Source: an uncultured Candidatus Saccharibacteria bacterium (GTDB lineage: Bacteria > Patescibacteriota > Minisyncoccia > Phycocordibacterales > UBA9973). Taken from it: a DNA stretch of 33,907 bases. The stretch is taken from NCBI GenBank assembly GCA_964478575.1, contig CAYZIU010000002.1, positions 1 to 33,907 on the forward strand. The letters run 5' to 3'. Position numbers and translations under genes: made by a program. How positions within the stretch are numbered: the first letter of the stretch is position 1; each line of letters begins with the position of its first letter. Under the pieces are notes generated by a model. That model ran no database searches. It was not told where the DNA came from and saw only the letters and a list, made by a program, of their open reading frames with translations. Positions 32,237-33,907 of this stretch are shown piece by piece.

Positions 32237-33106
32237 TTATTGATGTTCACTCTTAATCTTTCCCCCCAGAGTTCGGAGCTCTTTTAATGCCATATCAGCC
32301 TGCTCTTTATTTGGTGGCATTCCGTGCCACTTATAATCTCGTTCGAATTCTTTCACTCCCTTTCCAGGGATTGTGTGAGCTATGATGACTGTTGGTTTTT
32401 CGAATATCGCTTTTGCTTTGTTTATTGCATTAGAAATTTCCTCAATATTGTGTCCATCAATCTCGATAACGCTCCAATTAAACGCTTCCCATTTTGCTCT
32501 TAGAGAATCAAGAGGCATTATGTCTTCGGTGTATCCGTCTATTTGAATATTGTTTCGGTCAACAATCGCCAGAAGGTTATTTAATTTTTCTTTTCCGGCC
32601 AGCATTATCGCTTCCCAGTTGTTTCCTTCGTTTAATTCCCCGTCTCCAAGAAGACAGTAAATAGTTTTTTCACTCTGGATGCCATTATCTATTCTGTCGG
32701 CCAGAGCCATTCCAACTGCCTGAGATAATCCTGCTCCTAGTGGACCGGAAGAAGTTTCAAGCCAAGGCATAAATTCACGATGAGGGTGACCTTGTAGACG
32801 AGAGCCAAATTTGCGTAGAGTTTTTAATTCTTCAACCGGCATGTATCCTGCGTGGGCCATTGTTGCGTAGTAAACTGGGCAAATGTGTCCGTTTGAAAGT
32901 ATCAGTCGGTCGCGTTCTTCCCAGCTTGTGTTTTTCGGGTCGTGTTTTAGAGAGTGAAAAAAGAGTGTTGCAAAAATGTCGCTCATTCCGAGTGGTCCTG
33001 CAGTGTGTCCGCTTCCTGCTTCAAGCAACATCTCAATAATAGAAGTGCGTATATTATTTGCTTTCTCTTCAATTAGAGAAATCTTTTTTTCACTCAAATA
33101 TTCCAT
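32237..33106 (-). CDS. Transketolase, N-terminal (thiamine-diphosphate-binding) subunit
   Basis: SGHTAGPLGMSDI, LSNGH and GDGELNEGNNWEA (ThDP/metal-binding motif). 289 aa. Confidence 0.9.
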   Translation of the reverse strand: MEYLSEKKISLIEEKANNIRTSIIEMLLEAGSGHTAGPLGMSDIFATLFFHSLKHDPKNTSWEERDRLILSNGHICPVYYATMAHAGYMPVEELKTLRKFGSRLQGHPHREFMPWLETSSGPLGAGLSQAVGMALADRIDNGIQSEKTIYCLLGDGELNEGNNWEAIMLAGKEKLNNLLAIVDRNNIQIDGYTEDIMPLDSLRAKWEAFNWSVIEIDGHNIEEISNAINKAKAIFEKPTVIIAHTIPGKGVKEFERDYKWHGMPPNKEQADMALKELRTLGGKIKSEHQ

Positions 33107-33113
33107 TGGTTTA

Positions 33114-33119
33114 ATTATA
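33114..33119 (-). promoter_or_regulatory. -10 box (TATAAT) upstream of the transketolase N-subunit gene
   Basis: Minus-strand TATAAT 7 nt upstream of ATG 33106, in the 36-nt gap after the rpe-like gene. Confidence 0.35.
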
Positions 33120-33142
33120 ACTCTTTAGAATACAAAAACAAT

Positions 33143-33841
33143 TTATATGTTTTCCAAATCTCTTATCGTTTCGATTATGTTTTTGGATTTCCAGATTGCG
33201 CTCCCTACGATTATTCTATCGGCACCGGCTTCTTTAAGAGACTTTGCGTTTTCCACATTTACTCCGCCATCAATTTGAATTTCTAGATCAGGATAAGCTT
33301 CTCGTAACTCTCTAACCTTGTCGATTACCTTCGTGTCAAAAGGAATTCCTTGTGAACCAACTTCATCAATTCCCATACATTGAACATAATCTATGTTGGA
33401 CATAAATTTTTCGAGTTTGATTATTTCAGTGGTTGGTAGAATGGCCAGCCCAATTTCAATATTTTCTTTTGTATCTCTATCTATTCCAGAAAGAAACTCT
33501 GCAAAATCTGATTCTTCTTCACCGAGTTCTGCGTCGAGGTGAAAGGTAAGCCTTCCTGCACCGAGAGATGTGAATAATGCAAAGTTCTTACTCGCATCAC
33601 GAACCATAAGATCGAGTTCATAGCTTATATCTTGCCAATAAGGAAGTCCGTCTTCTCCCTCCACTATTTGAGCCACATCCTCTTCCCCGCTTTCTGTCGA
33701 ATAAGGCCAAGTTGGTTCTTTTGTATAAATTCCGTCACAGATATCAAGCTGAACTTCTTGCACTCCCATTTCATAAAGCTTCGCCACTTTTGTTTGGATG
33801 GCGAGTTTTGTTTTTTCCAAGATTCCAGGAATGGTTATCAT
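33143..33841 (-). CDS. rpe: Ribulose-phosphate 3-epimerase family protein (divergent)
   Basis: TIM-barrel pattern ELDLMV, LTFH, IQIDGGV and AGADRIIVGSAIW aligns by eye with Rpe. Both canonical His metal ligands appear substituted, and there is an acidic insertion after strand 2. Confidence 0.65.
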   Translation of the reverse strand: MITIPGILEKTKLAIQTKVAKLYEMGVQEVQLDICDGIYTKEPTWPYSTESGEEDVAQIVEGEDGLPYWQDISYELDLMVRDASKNFALFTSLGAGRLTFHLDAELGEEESDFAEFLSGIDRDTKENIEIGLAILPTTEIIKLEKFMSNIDYVQCMGIDEVGSQGIPFDTKVIDKVRELREAYPDLEIQIDGGVNVENAKSLKEAGADRIIVGSAIWKSKNIIETIRDLENI

Positions 33842-33907
33842 TTAAAATTTTGAGATTCTTCTAATGTGTCGTTCATCTCCAGAAAAAGGAGTTTCAAGCC
33901 AGATTTT
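33842..33907 (-). CDS. rpiB: Ribose-5-phosphate isomerase B, 3' end only (continues beyond the window)
   Basis: The minus-strand frame reads ...KIWLETPFSGDERHIRRISKF*, resembling the conserved RpiB/LacAB C-terminus (WL...F.GGRH.RR..KI). The stop TAA abuts the rpe-like ATG. Confidence 0.6.
   Translation of the reverse strand, partial: KIWLETPFSGDERHIRRISKF

Noticed and set aside
1-33907. About 50 ORFs of 60-172 aa in the six-frame track lie antisense to, or out of frame within, the genes called above. Examples are 247-681(-), 727-930(-), 5652-6075(+), 22265-22711(+), 22792-23453(+), 24592-24851(+), 25083-25528(+), 26376-26894(+), 28149-28370(+), 29230-29927(-) and 33632-33853(+).
   Set aside because: Each is fully embedded in a longer ORF with clear family motifs on the other strand or frame. 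Their translations are low-complexity (S/F/L/I-rich) with no recognisable motifs. This is typical of shadow ORFs in AT-rich DNA whose stop codons are depleted opposite coding frames.
1-33907. Alternative genetic code (UGA reassignment, as in some candidate phyla)
   Set aside because: All conserved genes are uninterrupted under the standard code. TGA terminates three well-defined genes: the DD-carboxypeptidase at 10998-11000, ftsW at 13155-13157 and the GH-like gene at 19466-19468. All three sit at sensible positions, two of them as ATGA overlaps.
1-33907. CRISPR arrays, transposases or IS elements, integrases, prophage genes, toxin-antitoxin pairs and known defence-system signatures
   Set aside because: I saw no regularly spaced direct repeats, no terminal inverted repeats flanking ORFs and no proteins with DDE, tyrosine- or serine-recombinase, Cas, restriction-modification, helicase-nuclease or similar motifs. 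The tRNA-Ile is not followed by an integrase or a direct repeat of its 3' end.

Overview
This is an AT-rich, very compact, almost entirely housekeeping window. Genes abut or overlap, and nearly all stops are TAA. TGA is used as a stop three times and TAG twice, so the standard bacterial code applies.

Gene content:
- Chaperone dnaJ.
- An orphan sensor histidine kinase.
- A corA-cysS pair.
- One long plus-strand operon joining condensin accessory genes to a reduced cell-wall cluster: scpA-scpB-DD-carboxypeptidase-mraY-ftsW-murG-M23 peptidase.
- Scattered ribosomal protein genes (rplU, rpmA, rplI, rpmE, rplY), prfA, rsmI and one tRNA-Ile(GAU).
- A sugar-phosphate block: rpiB (3' end only), an rpe-like gene, split transketolase, class II aldolase, a PfkB-family kinase and an FAD-linked oxidase.

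The gene content and style suggest a small-genome, monoderm, CPR/Patescibacteria-like organism. The clues are the split transketolase, a DUF4015-like glycosidase, no Shine-Dalgarno motifs and many short membrane ORFs. This is inference only.

I see no CRISPR array, transposase, integrase, prophage or recognisable defence island, and I cannot support a claim of a large novel multi-gene system.

The observations most worth follow-up are small-scale:
1. An unannotated, strongly structured ~90-nt element in the largest intergenic gap, upstream of rplU.
2. A GC-rich nested palindrome abutting the corA promoter.
3. A recurrent architecture in which extended -10 boxes sit 6-10 nt from start codons that lack SD motifs, suggesting leaderless expression. 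This includes a tRNA whose 3' end lies 4 nt from the rsmI ATG.
4. Small membrane ORFs translationally coupled inside the split-transketolase operon.
5. Two peptidoglycan hydrolases (M23 and lytic transglycosylase) that share a paralogous EnvC/PcsB-like coiled-coil module.
6. A 39-codon hydrophobic-then-acidic smORF immediately upstream of the orphan kinase.

All protein family calls come from by-eye motif recognition. No searches were run.
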